Made by a program: the position numbers and the translations under genes. A DNA stretch of 64,000 nt from Laetmonice hystrix (Eukaryota): positions 41,294,001 through 41,358,000 of the forward strand of contig OZ249436.1 in the NCBI GenBank assembly GCA_965235115.1, written 5' to 3'. The notes under the pieces were generated by a model. That model was not told where the DNA came from and made no database searches. It saw nothing but the letters and a program-made list of their open reading frames with translations. This document shows, one piece after another, positions 36,743 to 49,656 of the stretch. Numbering within the stretch: the stretch's first letter is position 1; every line of letters starts with the position of its first letter.

Positions 36743-39700
36743 ATGAATCTGACATGCAAACAGTTCGCTTTCATACTTGTCACTGCCATCGGTGTAGGCT
36801 TTATCATAATGCTTCCTTTTAAATTTAATTCAACAAGACAGTTGGTCAGAATGACGGATTATCGTATCCCACATTTTGGACTAAGGAGCGGCGAGTCAAC
36901 GATGGGCACTTATCCTGAGAATGGAAACGGTCGAAGAGGGCATTTTCCCTTCAGCTCAGAGTATAGAATATCCAAAGCGTATGTGTACAACCAGAAAGAG
37001 TTGACCAATATCCATCAAGATTTAAGCGTTAACATGAGCTCGGATATTTTTGAGACATTTCGTCGTTCTCTCCACACGACAACGGATCCGCTGTCGGCAG
37101 ACATGTATGTGGTAGTTCTAGGTGACTGCAGCTCAGAAGACCAATCGGGATATTTTAGGAGACTAAAATACCGTCTTAACGCTGACCATGTGAAGAGGTT
37201 ACAGTATTGGAGTACCGGTAAAGTCCACGTCATTCTGAGCTTGTTCACCAAGCCAAACATATGGGATGTTAGCAGATTTTTTGACAGCCGTGAGCAGATA
37301 GTTTTTGCACAGCCGACATTCAGGCGGGAAACTTTCCGCCACAAAACAGACATGGTGGTTCCTCCGGCTGTGGATGTGCTAGCAGCAAGTAACGGTTGGT
37401 CAGACCTACCCATGATGACTCCTGTGATGAGAACTCATCTCGTGTCATTTCAGGGAGAGCTTAACAACCAAACATCCGGGAACAGGACACAAAATACTAT
37501 GCACGATATAAGGCCAACCCCTTCAAATGTAAAATTCAACTTTACATACCTTTGTAAAAGCAAAATCTTGCAAAGTGAGGTTACAGAGTGGCAGATGTGC
37601 GCCGGTGAAAAGGAAAGGAAAATCGTGCTTTCCTCTTCAACCTTCACCTTCCTTCCCATCCCAACTGACGACTCCTTTCTGACAACAGTCACGTTTCAGT
37701 CAAGATTCTACGAGGCACTGATGTATGGTGCCATACCTGTAATTGTAGGAAGTTCGGCTATCCTTCCATTCAGTGAAATTTTGGACTGGGATAAGGCAGT
37801 TATCACCATACCCAAATTCAAAACGCCTGAATTACTGATCTCTGTGCTGAGTAATATTCATGTAACAGACATATTCGAGATGAGGCGACAAGGAAGAATT
37901 TACTGGACCACATATCTAAGTTCCAATGCAGCTATTCTGGAAACAGTCTTGCTAACAATGCGAGCTCGCCATTTCCTTCCTTCTGCCATGGCACCAGAGA
38001 TCGGTACAAAGACGGAAGGAAAGGGATTCAGGATAACCATGGCAATGTCAACAATGAACACGATTCCGAAATCTTTAGGACAGCAGATTCAGAACCACAG
38101 TTTGCCTGTCGATCCATTCCATCTTTATGTCTCGACGCCCTACCATTCTGCAGTATCATCAGATGTTATCATAAACGGTAGAGTATCACATTTGTGACAG
38201 TGACATTCAACGGGGAAATCCTCTCCTATGCGCGCGCATCATCATAATGAGCAGGTCATAACAATTTTCAAAAATGTAAACTGCGGGATGTAGAGTACTA
38301 TATATCGGAGTCCTATACGATTTCATTTTTCTCACAAACATACATACAATGGTCATAATATACATCATATAGCTAGGGGCGAAAGGTATGCTATATCTCG
38401 TCGTTATATATTTTAATGCTTCATTGGTACCTAAAACGCAATCCTTATCCCTGTTTGAAAATTAGAATTCCAAGATCTGATCTTAAATGAAAATTCAGCT
38501 GTGAAATGTACGTGTCAATGTGTTTGTCCCTTCCACAGTAGGGAGGCAATGAGAGCTTCCAGTTTGAGTGGATTCTAAGAAACAGGAAGTTTTGATACTC
38601 TGGTGTTGCTATGTTGTGTAAGGCTAGGGTCAAGCTAGGGGCACACGAATATGTGATTTTGCTTCTGAGGTTCTCTCATGTCATTGAGTTCGCAAACAAT
38701 CTTCGAACAGCCCGAAATGTAGAGAATTGTTCAGGCACCTGTTATCGTCCGTGCCATCGGTTTTAAAAGGAAACATTTTGTTTTATTAATTCGGACAGAC
38801 CCTGGAACATTAGGTCGAAAGTTTGAAGGTTCAGATGGATTACAGGGGATCTACAAGCTGCAGAATGGCTCTGGCAGGTCTGACTCCGATCAGATTACAG
38901 GTAATTTATTGAGCCTTGCGAGCTCCAAACGGAACGTAACAGCGCGATGCTCTTCAATGAATATGGGGAAAAACCTCATTCGCAAAGAAGATGTTGTTTT
39001 ATAGGAGCATTTATAAACTCTTGGTGGTGAACCCCTATAGACCTACTCTTACTCCGAGAATACATTGCCAAGCTAGAAAATGTAACCTCTTTGAAAGCTT
39101 TTTTAAAAAAAGTGTCAGCCATCAGAATTCGAGGGCTTAAGATTGTGCTTGCCGTTAATTTTGTTCTAAATTTAGAGGTCGACATAAGAAGGAAGATGTT
39201 TCTAAGGGTTTGTGATCTCTATAGATTCAATAAGTAGAACGTGATTTAAGAGCTAAAATAAACTTAATCGATTATCTTGACCTCTTCTGTTCGATAAGCG
39301 ACTAACACCAACACTTTTGCAGTTGTCATGCTGATGTACGGGCGTCTGGAAACGTTACCAACACACGTGAAACGATTGAGTCAGATCGACCTCATTCACA
39401 CTTTCATTATTGTGTGGAATGCTCCGGGCCCAATCCCCCCGGCATACTTCAAGTTGGAGTCTCGGGGGAAACTGAAGGTTTGCTATCGTTCCTTCCGTTT
39501 TTATTAATATACAAGGTGTATCCAAAAAAAAGGACAGTTGCAATTTTCCGCAATTCTTACATATCGAGAATAGATATGCCAAACACAGGTAAGTCATCTC
39601 GTGTGTACGGATCTTACGTTCGAATAATTAACATCACACATGTCTGACCAGTCATGCGAAACGCTATTCAGACATGAATGGTGTCAAGTTGAAACTAAGA

Positions 39701-42700
39701 TCCATGCACACGAGATGACCTACCTGTGTTTAAATTGGCATATCTATTCTCGATATTCTAGAATTGGGGGAAATTGCAAATGTTCAGGGTTTTTTTTATA
39801 CACCCTGTAGAACGCAAAGTAATTGCTCACCTGGTAATAAATATAAGGCAACAGCTGAGATGACCCTGCTATGGCAGAACGACCAAAAGGGCATAATTAT
39901 ACTGGACATGTGACTGACTTGCAATTTAATCGGGGCTATAGCGATGTGAAGGATCAAATTTGGAAAAATCAAGATAAAAAAAATTGTTTTCTTTACGTGT
40001 TTCTATTTTTGGTCCTACTTGACAGTTGACCTTGTGAAAATGTCTGAGAACCTATCCAAAATAGGGTATTGTATTTGCACAAGATATGGTTGACGTGCTA
40101 ATCTCAATGTCAATCATTTTCTCTCACTCTTTCACTCTCATAAAATCCAAGATGGCATACGGTTAGTGATATTAGACGAAATATATTCAGCCGTGTATAT
40201 CTGTAATCACGTGAACATGTCAATGTATTTTGGAAAAACTAGCAGGGACACACTTCATACGAGAGGCCACACAGAGGCACACTTCATACGAGGGCCACAC
40301 ATTTCATGTGAGGATCCGATATGGCGACTGGCGACCTAGTCCAGTTGTTGTGATGTTTGTTAAATGTTTCAGATTATCAACCCTGACAGGAACAGTTTAA
40401 ACAACCGATTTCTTCCATTTGATCTCATCAAAACTGAATGCGTTCTCCAACTTGACGACGACAAAATGCCTAATGCTGCTTTGGTAACTGAAGGATTTCG
40501 GTAAAGGCCTCCATAAATACATACAAATCTAGAAATTGTTCAGTCCGAACAGGACGTCTCCCTTTTTTTAAAGTAATGACATCATATAATTTTTGAGAGA
40601 GGACTAATTAGTATGAAATTAGTGTGTTGCAAAAGCAATGATATGGCTATGGCGGATTTTCTATGCGAAAGAAAAGATATAGGCCTAATAATACAATAGT
40701 AGTAGCGGTATGTATGAAGGAAGGTATGTATGTAGGCTATGGGGGTAGGGGTGTGGGTGTGTGCGATGTGCCGGCTGTGGTAAAGGAGTTGGTGGTTGGT
40801 GGTGGAGTCAGGTGGCCAGGAGTATGGCGGGGGTTGCCGGGCACTGAGAACACTGAACGAGCCTTGACTACGCGGTTGTGGGATCTGCGGTGGTGGGGGA
40901 CGGGCGGCCGGCCCGTGTAGGGGTTTGGCGGGGAGTTACCACGGCTGAGAAGGACGCCTGACAGGCTGGGGATTGGCGGGGGTTGCCAGGGACAACGGCT
41001 GAGAACCGTGACTGGGAGCGGGCCCGCTGGCGAATTTTTTTCCCACGCTAGTTCTGCACACCTATTAGCATACAGCCAATCAGAAACAAGTTGTTTACGC
41101 GCTGTGTGGCTGTGTGTCGGAAAGATGGTCCACTTCCAGCCTCATAAGTCGGAAACTATTAACTGTAGAGAAAAACACTTAGTGTAGCGGTTGTAGGCAA
41201 AGACCTGGAGATTCTTCTCCACCAAGTTTCATAAAGATACGATATGGGGTTTGGGAGATAAAAAAGGCTTCTCTAAGGTTGGCACGGTACTGAGGTCAAA
41301 GGTCATGAAGTGCTAAAATAGCCTCGGTGGTAGTCGCAGACTAAACAGTCGGTGGTAGTCGCAGACTAAACAGTCGGTGGTAGTCACAGACTAAACAGTC
41401 GGTGGTAGTCGCAGACTAACAAGTCGGTGGCAGTCACAGACTAAACAGTCGGTAGTAGTCGCAGACTAAACAGTCGGTGGTAGTCGCAGACTAACCCGTC
41501 GGTGGCAGTCACAGACTTAAGGCCCGGCCACACAGAGCCGACTACCCCCGACCCGATGGTCTGGGGGAGTCGAGTGGGGGGTAGTCGGCCCTGTCTGGCA
41601 TGGTCAGTCGGCCGTAGTCGGGTGTTTTTCACCGACTGACCAGTCCGGTCGTTCATCTTGTCCTGCACAAGATGAGCGACCAAACGGTTTGGTCTGGTCG
41701 GACCTAGTCGGGCCTGTGTGGCATACCTACCGATCAGACTCAACAGTCGGGCTGCTTAGCAGCCAATCACAGCGCGCACCATACAAACGCTACTCCCAAG
41801 ATACCCTGCGAGCGGGACAACACAAACAACATGGCGGAGTGGGAACTACCGCTAGGGGAATGAATAGTTACAATAGTATATACTGGTCACGAGTGGTGTC
41901 GCTAGTGTGGCATCCCACTCCCGACATTCGGATCGCATTCAGTGTGGCATGGTTGGGCATATATCAGACTGACTGAGTAGTTGGCCGAATTGGACTCCCC
42001 GGGCCTCAGACCATCGGGTTGGGGGTAGTCGGCTCTGTGTGGCCGGGCCTTGCCACACAGAGCCGACTACCCCCGACCCGATGGTCTGGGGGAGTCGAGT
42101 CGGGGGTAGTCGGCCCTGTCTGGCATGGTCAGTCGGCCGTAGTCGGGTGTTTTTTACCGACTGACCAGTCCGGTCGTTCATCTTGTCCTGCACAAGATGA
42201 GCGACCAAACGGTTTCGTCTGGTCGGGCCTAGTCGGGCCTGTGTGGCATACCTACCGACCAGACTCAACAGTCGGGCTGCTTACCAGCCAATCACAGCGC
42301 GCACCATACAAACGCTACTCCCAAGATACCCTGCGAGCGGGACAGCACAAACAACATGGCGGAGGGGGAACTACCGCTAGGGGAATGAAAAGTTAGAATA
42401 GTATATACTGGTCACGAGTGGTGTCGCTAGTGTGGCATCCCACTCCCGACTTTCGGATCGCATTCAGTGTGGCATGGTTGGGCATATATCAGACTGACTG
42501 AGTAGTTGGCCGATTTGGACCCACCGGGCCTCCGACCATCGGGTTGGGGGTAGTCGGCTCTGTGTGGCCGGGCCTATATCGGGTGGATAAAAAAAAACGC
42601 CCCGAACTTTAAACTTTAATATTTCAAAAACTATGCAGTATAATTCAATAAAATTTTTCTTCATATCACTTCATGATATTTTCTCTGGTATCTTAAAGTT

Positions 42701-45700
42701 TCAGCACAATAGCTTAGATATTATTCCCGTGGCGCTCAGAACAAAAATCAGTGTCTAAAAACGCAATGCCGGAATTAGGTCAAATATCATGCAGCTGCTA
42801 GGTGTCCAATTTGACACCTTTTTGATGCACCGCATTGTACCTTGGGTAAAAAAATTAAATATTTAGTTTTTGCATGTTTTACAATATGTATCATGTTGTG
42901 GACCACTAGATATAATAAAATATGTGCTATTTCTAGTACCTTTTGAGAAAAACAGATGTTTAATGTGCCAAACCCTACACAGAAACTGCAGCATTAGGAT
43001 GATATGACTGTAACGAGAAGTTCAAGTGAAATCGTATCATTATCACGTTTAGCAACACATTCAGAACGTTGCATATTTCCCAATGTTGGGAAGATATTTC
43101 CCTATCAGAGATCAGGAAGTGCATTGGCTCATGGAAAAAGAGACTGCGAGCAGTATGGAGTGAAAACGGGGGACCGATTGACCACCTACTCTAGTGTGAG
43201 GCCAGGGACTCTGGGTGCGACTACAACTCGCTTTAGCCCGGCATTGCGTTTTTGTACAATGATTTTTGTGTTTAGCCCCACGGAAATATTATCCAAGCTA
43301 TTCAGTTGTAACATTAACAACTAAGAGACAACATCATGAAGTGATATTACGAAAAATTTCATTGAATTACAATCATTACTTTCTGAAATATTGAGGTTTA
43401 AAGTTCGGGGCGTTTTTTTTTATCCACCCGAATAAAGCAGCCGGTGGTAGTCGCAGACTAAACAGTCGGTGGTAGTCGCAGACTAAACAGTCGGTGGTAG
43501 TCGCAGACTAAACAGTCGGTGGTAGTCGCAAACGTGTTCCGGACTGACCGACTCTGCTCACGCCTTGATCTGCTGTGAATGCAACCTTCCAAGTACTGCC
43601 TGTGAGATAGGCTAGCGTCTATAGTCTTTTATGCTGCATGGGGTCAGTCTGGGATGTTGTTTTAGGGCTATTATTGGGGTGAAAACTTTCTCTGTACAAC
43701 CATAATTATAATTAAACTTCTCAGGGCAACTGGCCTTCAGGTACTATAAAGTTAACCATCCAATTTTTGAAACTGTTTGCTCTGCGACTGTCTGCAACTA
43801 AAATTGTTTCTATGTATGCCTGCCTTCATACTGTAGATCTATACCTCACAATCCGAACAGGTTTTGGTGATGTGTTATATCGGGTGGATAAAAAAAAACG
43901 CCCCGAACTTTAAACTCCAATATTTCAAAAAGTATTGATTGTAATTCAATGAAATTTTTCTTACTATCACTTCATGATGTTGTCTCTTAGTTGTTAATGT
44001 TACAACTCAATAGCTTGGATAATCTTTCCGTAGCGCTAAAAACAAAAATCATTGTACAAAAGCGCAATGCCGGACTAAAGCGAGTGGTACTGCTCTCAGT
44101 CTCTTTTTACATGCGCCAATGCACTTCCTGATCTCTGATAGGGAATTATCTTCCCATTATTGGGAAATAAGCAGCGTTCTGAACGTGTTGCTAAACGTGA
44201 TAATGATACGATTTCCCTTGAACTTCTCGTTACAGTCATAATCGTCCTAATGTTGCAGTTTCTGTGTAGGGTTTGGCACATTAAACATCTGTTTTTCTCT
44301 AAAAGTACTAGGAATAGCACATATTTTATTATATCTAGTGGTCCACAACATGATACATATTGTAAAACATGCAAAAACTAAATATTGATTTTTTTTTACC
44401 CAAGGTACAATGCGGTGCATCAAACAGGTGTCAAATTGGACACCTGGCAGCTGCATGATATTTGACCTAATTCCGGCATTTCGTTTTTAGACACTGATTT
44501 TTGTTTTTAGCGCCACGGGATTAATATCAAAGCTATTGAGCTGAAACTTTAATATACCAGAGATAATATAATGAAGTGATATTAAGAGAAATTTTATTGA
44601 ATTATAATGCATAGTTTTTGAAATATTAAAGTTTAAAGTTCGGGGCGTTTTTTTTTATCCACCCGATATATATTATGTATCCATATCCATGACATACACC
44701 ACAGGAAGGATATTTATATCCCCCTATGAATACGGGTCATATATCATATTACACCGATGAATATGGGTCTTATATCACATTACATCGATGAATATGAGTC
44801 TTATATCACATTAGCCGTGTACCTATCAGAGTGTATATAATTGCCGCAATGATTTGATGAAGGTTATGGAGCCTGGACAAGTCCCGGTTGGTAGGCATTA
44901 AGAGTTATACAAGACATGCCCGATGGAAGGCCAGAACGAGGTCCTGGAGCTACGCATCCGGACGTCCGGAATACTCCATGATACTTACACCTGTCCTCTT
45001 CATCCATAAGGTATAACGACCCCCCCCCCCCCAAAAAAAAAAAAAAAACACTTTCGGTTCTTTGTATTAAGAAAACAACTGAACCTGAGCATAACACATC
45101 GATAATTTGCCCATAGTATTTTTATGACTTGAAGATAGGGTATAGACTTAAGGGGTTCAATCAAGGTATATTTTTTGACAATACTATAACCTAATCCTCA
45201 AGATAACACTGTTAGTATTTGACAACAATGTTAGTATTTGTAATTCTTGGCTTTCCAACGCGGCTAGAGCCAATGAGTGGCACGCTACATTGCGGCCTTA
45301 CATAAACCTAAGAAATCTTAGATTATTGTTTTGTAGGTGCTGTTTCGTTTTTAGTATTGTTTTGTCGTGCCGTTTCCTTTTCAGTATTGTTTTTTCGGTG
45401 CCCTTTCGTTTACAGTATTGTTTTGTCAGTGCCGTTTCATTTTCAGTTCTATCTCCACATGTACACAAATACGATGCCATCATACATCCGGGAAATAGTG
45501 GATAAATACACGAATTGTGAAGACATTGCCGTGAACTTTCTGGTAGCTCACATCTCGAGGAAGCCTCCAATTGCGGTTCGTTATTCAACTTTTATTGTTA
45601 CATGATTTCTGTAGATATTCCAAAAACAGAAGGAGGTAGAATTGAGAAGAATTGAAACTCTAGGCTATCACTATTGACCTGACCCTGTAGTGTAGGCTTA

Positions 45701-46056
45701 TAACTCCTACCCCATAGCTCCCAACGTGACATTTCTATACCCACAACGATCCTTAGAGTCTACCCCGAGCTTCTAACCATGATTTTAACCATGTTAGGAA
45801 CATCCAGGAGATATAGTCAACAAAACAATCTAATCACTTTTCTTTTTATTCACAGATTAATAAGAAGAGTCCAATCTCCTGCGTTGGACCTGGATGTCGT
45901 AATAAGAAGGCTGCACTGTCGGGTCGGGGCGGCCATTATGTGCAAAGGTCCAAATGTCTTAATATTTTTACAAAGGTGTACGGGTACATGCCCCTGCTCA
46001 TCGCTCCACTCAATGAAAACAAAGGTGGACGCTATAAGTCCCTAATGCAGGTCTAA
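36743..46056 (+). CDS. EXTL3: Exostosin-like glycosyltransferase (EXTL3-like; TM anchor + GT47 + GT64), 765 aa; exons 36743-38177, 38799-38900, 39323-39477, 40373-40500, 44863-45010, 45447-45575, 45856-46056
   Basis: N-terminal signal anchor FAFILVTAIGVGFIIMLPF. GT47-type motifs SRFYEALMYGAIPVIVG, LPFSEILDW and MRRQGRIYWTTYL. GT64 motifs TVVMLMYGR, IIVWN, NSLNNRFLPFDLIKTECVLQLDDD, YSMILT, NCEDIAVNFLVAHISRKPPI and RSKCLNIFTKVYGYMPLL. GT-AG introns with phases 1,1,0,2,0,0; the exons sum to 2298 nt with no internal stop. Probably a paralogue rather than the orthologue. Confidence 0.94.
39512..39807. mobile_element. Tc1/mariner-type MITE in EXTL intron 3
   Basis: TA-CAAGGTGTAT...ATACACCCTG-TA with long imperfect inverted arms (CGAGAATAGATATGCCAA / TTGGCATATCTATTCTCG). 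Confidence 0.8.
40529..41322 (-). mobile_element. Truncated second copy of HINE family 1 in EXTL intron 4
   Basis: 40529-40680 is the reverse complement of 9180-9332; 40890-41322 is the reverse complement of about 7749-8190. Confidence 0.88.
41521..42574. mobile_element. Tandem dimer of a ~525-bp MITE (Harbinger-like termini)
   Basis: TIR GGCCCGGCCACACAGAGCCGACTACCCCC; near-identical copies at 41521-42049 and 42052-42574. Confidence 0.88.
42579..43431 (+). mobile_element. Tc1/mariner-type MITE, copy 1
   Basis: TIR TCGGGTGGATAAAAAAAAACGCCCCGAACTTTAAAC extending about 200 bp imperfectly; TA flank. Confidence 0.88.
43880..44666 (-). mobile_element. Tc1/mariner-type MITE, copy 2, inverted relative to copy 1
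   Basis: Same TIRs with TA on both sides; the interior is the reverse complement of 42579-43431. Confidence 0.9.
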
Positions 46057-47335
46057 TTTTTAAGATAATTAGAACTCGGCGGATTTATGCATTAAACAAT
46101 GGATTCCTTGATTTTAAAAATTAACACGTCCTATAGGCCTACTCGCCTGCACAACATTACAGTTTAAATTTCGAATCTATAGTGCTGGATTGTCCTCTTT
46201 TCTTTTTTTTTATATTCTTTTTTTAAGAAATAATACAAAATATCTAGATTTGCGTTCTTATGCATATAGGCCATAGTGTACTAGTCATTGGAAGGAATTT
46301 GAAAATAATCGCTTCTCTTTTTGTGGAGGGAAAACATCAAACACAACATTATTAGGCCTAAGTGCGTTTCGCTGGATTGTATTTTGTTCTTCATTTTTTC
46401 TTATATTTTATTAAGTCAAAAACTCGGAGAAAAGGATGGTGTTGTAGGTTGAATAATAAATTACTGTCACATGATAACACACTACTCCTTCCTAAGTCGT
46501 TATATAGGTAGTTATGTCAAAACTCTTTGGAGTCTGATAGAATAATGATTAGCCTTATCAGGTGGAGACAACATGGGCCACAAAGAAACAACTCGAAATG
46601 CCCTCCCAAATCAACCCAATTCCCTCCCCCAAAAAACCGGGCAGCCACGCCCCTTAACACTACCCAACTCGGAAACCCCAGCGAATGTGGCCAAATAAGT
46701 CTTAGATGGAATACACAATACAAATACGGAGGCGTCGAAGTGGAGGTGATGTTGACATCGACTGATGTTGAGGACTCAAGCATGCAGGACCGTTTGGTTC
46801 CATTTATACCCCCCCCCCCCATTCGCCTCGTCATTTCCTTTCTGTCACTTCCTCCTCAGCTGCGCATGACCATCGATGGGATCTATTATGTCGGCTGCGA
46901 ACAGTACAAATGAATAGTACCAACATTGGATTTTGCCAACATTTACTACTCCTACTACTAATAATAATTAATATTCGCTAATGAGATGCAGGCCAGTTGT
47001 TGCATAATCAATAATACATTGTAACTATTTAACTGCCTCTATAGGCCCACGTAGCAAATTGATACAAGCCCGAGGTACAATAGGCTGATTATCAGAAAAT
47101 ACCTTGGAGAATTATATCCAACACTTGACTTACACACAAATGCCGCCTCTTAGAATCTAGATCCTGCTGTGTACCTCAACAAAGGGCGCCAGTGGTCTTC
47201 ATCAAATCACTCACATAATAGGCCTATGCCATTTTGACGTTCGCGCCATATGTATACACTCCTAGCCGGACATTCTTGTCTTCAGTGAGAGTTACAGGAA
47301 GTTCGATTGGCTTGAGGTATTACAGTTTTGTTAAT

Positions 47336-47925
47336 TATCCCATCCCCACGGAGGGGGTGGGATTTTGAAATTGTGTTTGTGCGCTTGTTGTAAACACTAT
47401 GTGTATCTCAGCCATTTTTCAAGATAGATCTATCTGAACCAAACTTGGTATACGCATCCACGCTCACATTCGCGCCCATTTGCTGAAATGAACGCTCATA
47501 GATCCTGCACTGGACTCTGGGCAAACCGCAGGGGGTAATGAGGACACCGGGGCGAACTAGATTCACCGCAGTACATGGAAGACATGGCTTCCCGCATGAC
47601 ACCAGTCAAACCGGCGGCGGTTAAGATTCAAGACAGTCAACCAGCGTAAGTTTAATTCAAGACCTGTTCAACAACATCAGCGATCTTGCCGATCGGCACG
47701 CACTACATTGTATCCACGGTGTAGTAATTGACGAATGTGACGAGTGAGGTGGCGCGGATGCTCCTAAACGGGCCGTGAGTGATATGTAATCTGTGAGAGT
47801 GCTTTCCCCGCACGAACGAAGATTGCCGAAGATTGCCGAAAGGACTCGAGTGTGAGAATGATACGCATCGTGATCAGGACGAAGTCTGGTCAGACAATCA
47901 GTCATGATGTCACGTGACATCAAAT
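47336..47925 (+). mobile_element. 5' fragment of HINE family 2, interrupted by a 402-bp TIR element (47459-47860) with a 9-bp TSD
   Basis: Starts TTATCCCATCCCC-acggag-GGGGTGGGAT. ATACGCATC is duplicated at 47450-58 and 47861-69 around CACGCTCACATTCG...CGAGTGTGAGAATG. Confidence 0.75.
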
Positions 47926-48035
47926 TTCATTTAACTAGGTCAAAACGTCTAAAAATAGGGCCATTTTAAAAACTGCATATCAAAAATTGCAATGCCGGAC
48001 CAGGCGTCCTCGGCAGAGTTGGTCCCGCTGTGTCT

Positions 48036-48122
48036 CAATCTAATTAAAATTAGATCTTAGTTATCTTAACTGACACAACCGAGAGAGACGCGGAATACCA
48101 AGATCTAATTTTAATTAGTTTG
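48036..48122. mobile_element. 87-bp MITE with a 10-bp TSD; second copy at 60016-60114
   Basis: TIR CAATCTAATTAAAATTAGATCTT; CGCTGTGTCT is duplicated at 48026-35 and 48123-32. Confidence 0.85.
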
Positions 48123-48164
48123 CGCTGTGTCTCGAACACTTTTTACTTGAGTAGGCCCCTATAG

Positions 48165-48385
48165 CTTTTACAATTTGTCCTGTTCAATGTTCACACACAG
48201 CCTTTAGTCTCTTTTTGAATATCCCGATTGACTTAGTGACTTCTTCTAGAGTAATTCCCTCCCGAATTTTCTCCTTGAGTTCGTTCTCGATGAATTTTTG
48301 TTTGCGACCTTTATAGACTTTTTCAGACAGGGAATCCCAAATGGTGTAATCCATGGCGTTTAAGTCGGGACCGGCTCCCAGTTTT
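48165..48385 (-). pseudogene. Tc1/mariner-superfamily transposase C-terminal relic (DDD type) inside inverted arms at about 47922-48005 and 48595-48680
   Basis: W..(frameshift)PDLNAMDYTIWDSLSEKVYKGRKQKFIENELKEKIREGITLEEVTKSIGIFKKRLKAVCE matches the SPDLNPxDY..W motif and the C-terminal helix pattern. Confidence 0.82.
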
Positions 48386-49656
48386 TGGCAGGGGGCATTT
48401 CATACATAATGTCATTTGACGTCACGTCATTCAGACACAGTGGCAACAACCCTGCCTTAATTGAGACACACACCATAGAGTCTACCCTACGTCTATGCAG
48501 TGCAGCACACACCAAGGAAACTGGGTCATTCAACTCGACGGTACTCAGTTTTTCAGACAGTTTCCCGCTTAAAAGACGTGCGGCATCACGCTGACCCTGG
48601 TCTGGCATTGCAATTTTTGACACGAATTTTAAAAAATGGCCCAAGTTGTAGACGTATTGACCTATTTATCTGAAATTTGTACCACAGGCCAGATGATATC
48701 ATGTGCAAAATATTATGACATTGGGATAAAAATTGTATTCCAATATTACGTTTTCCGCGTGAAAATTACATTTTGGGGCAGTCAGATTAACGCAAAATGT
48801 AAAATTACATTTTGTTTCGGCGTGTCTGCTGCAAAATTTCAAAATTACATTTTGCGGTTGTAGCCCCCCCCCCCCAGGTCTCCCGCCGTGGGATTTTACT
48901 GACACACCTCACGATTCCTGCATCGCTTCGCAATCCCTGGTGCTCGTAGTTCTCCATTATGTTTGATTCGAGAGGGCTCATTAAATGCACCTAGACATGA
49001 ACTCTAATAACTACTACATTAGGGCCTATGGAACGGTAAGGGTAAATTGTCAATTCTTTTTTCATCATTTTGCTCTTGCAACAGAAAACATATCCAGGAT
49101 AATATATTTCATGAAAGCCTTTATTCAACGCCATACAAAAGATACTCTGAATATCTGCTCGGTTCTACCACTGAAGTGAGGTCCTCCGCACGCCGAACTT
49201 GGCGTCGACAGAGTTTATTAAAAGTCCTCGCTATCACGTTCGGCCCGGTAGCTCACCCACTGCACCGCTCGGCTCATTATAGACACTCGTACATCGTCAA
49301 CACAGGCATGATTCCCGCCGAGCAGCTGGTTAACTAACTCATAAACGCATGGCTGACTGAGATTTCAAGGGACAAACGCTAAGACATTGTTATCAAGTGT
49401 AAATGACGTATAGCGACTGTGACAATTTCAAGGTGTAGCCTATGCTTGAACAATATTAATAATTATTTTCTTACCTGTCCATGCGCTTCTGAGGTAAAAA
49501 AAATGCCTTTTTTTAATTAACTTTGTCTGAGATTCGTACTGATCCAACACTGGACAAGGCCAAGGGCGCTAACAACAAATCCCGCACTAAATGCGACATA
49601 TATGCCGGTATATAAAGATGGGGTGCAGCGGTACCAAACCAAAAACTGAAAACCAG

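Larger units (their letters stand above)
41324..43590. repeat. 25-bp tandem repeat (CAGTCGGTGGTAGTCGCAGACTAAA) split into 41324-41516 and 43440-43530 by nested MITEs
   Basis: The same unit lies on both sides of the inserted elements; a TIR-like end GTGAATGCAACCTT lies at about 43588. Confidence 0.85.

Noticed and set aside
38178..38197. End of the 484-aa ORF as the true C-terminus
   Set aside because: This is read-through into intron 1; six further phase-matched exons encode the GT64 domain.
41324..41516. CRISPR-like short repeats
   Set aside because: 25-bp units are contiguous with no unique spacers, there are no cas genes, and the array is inside a eukaryotic intron.
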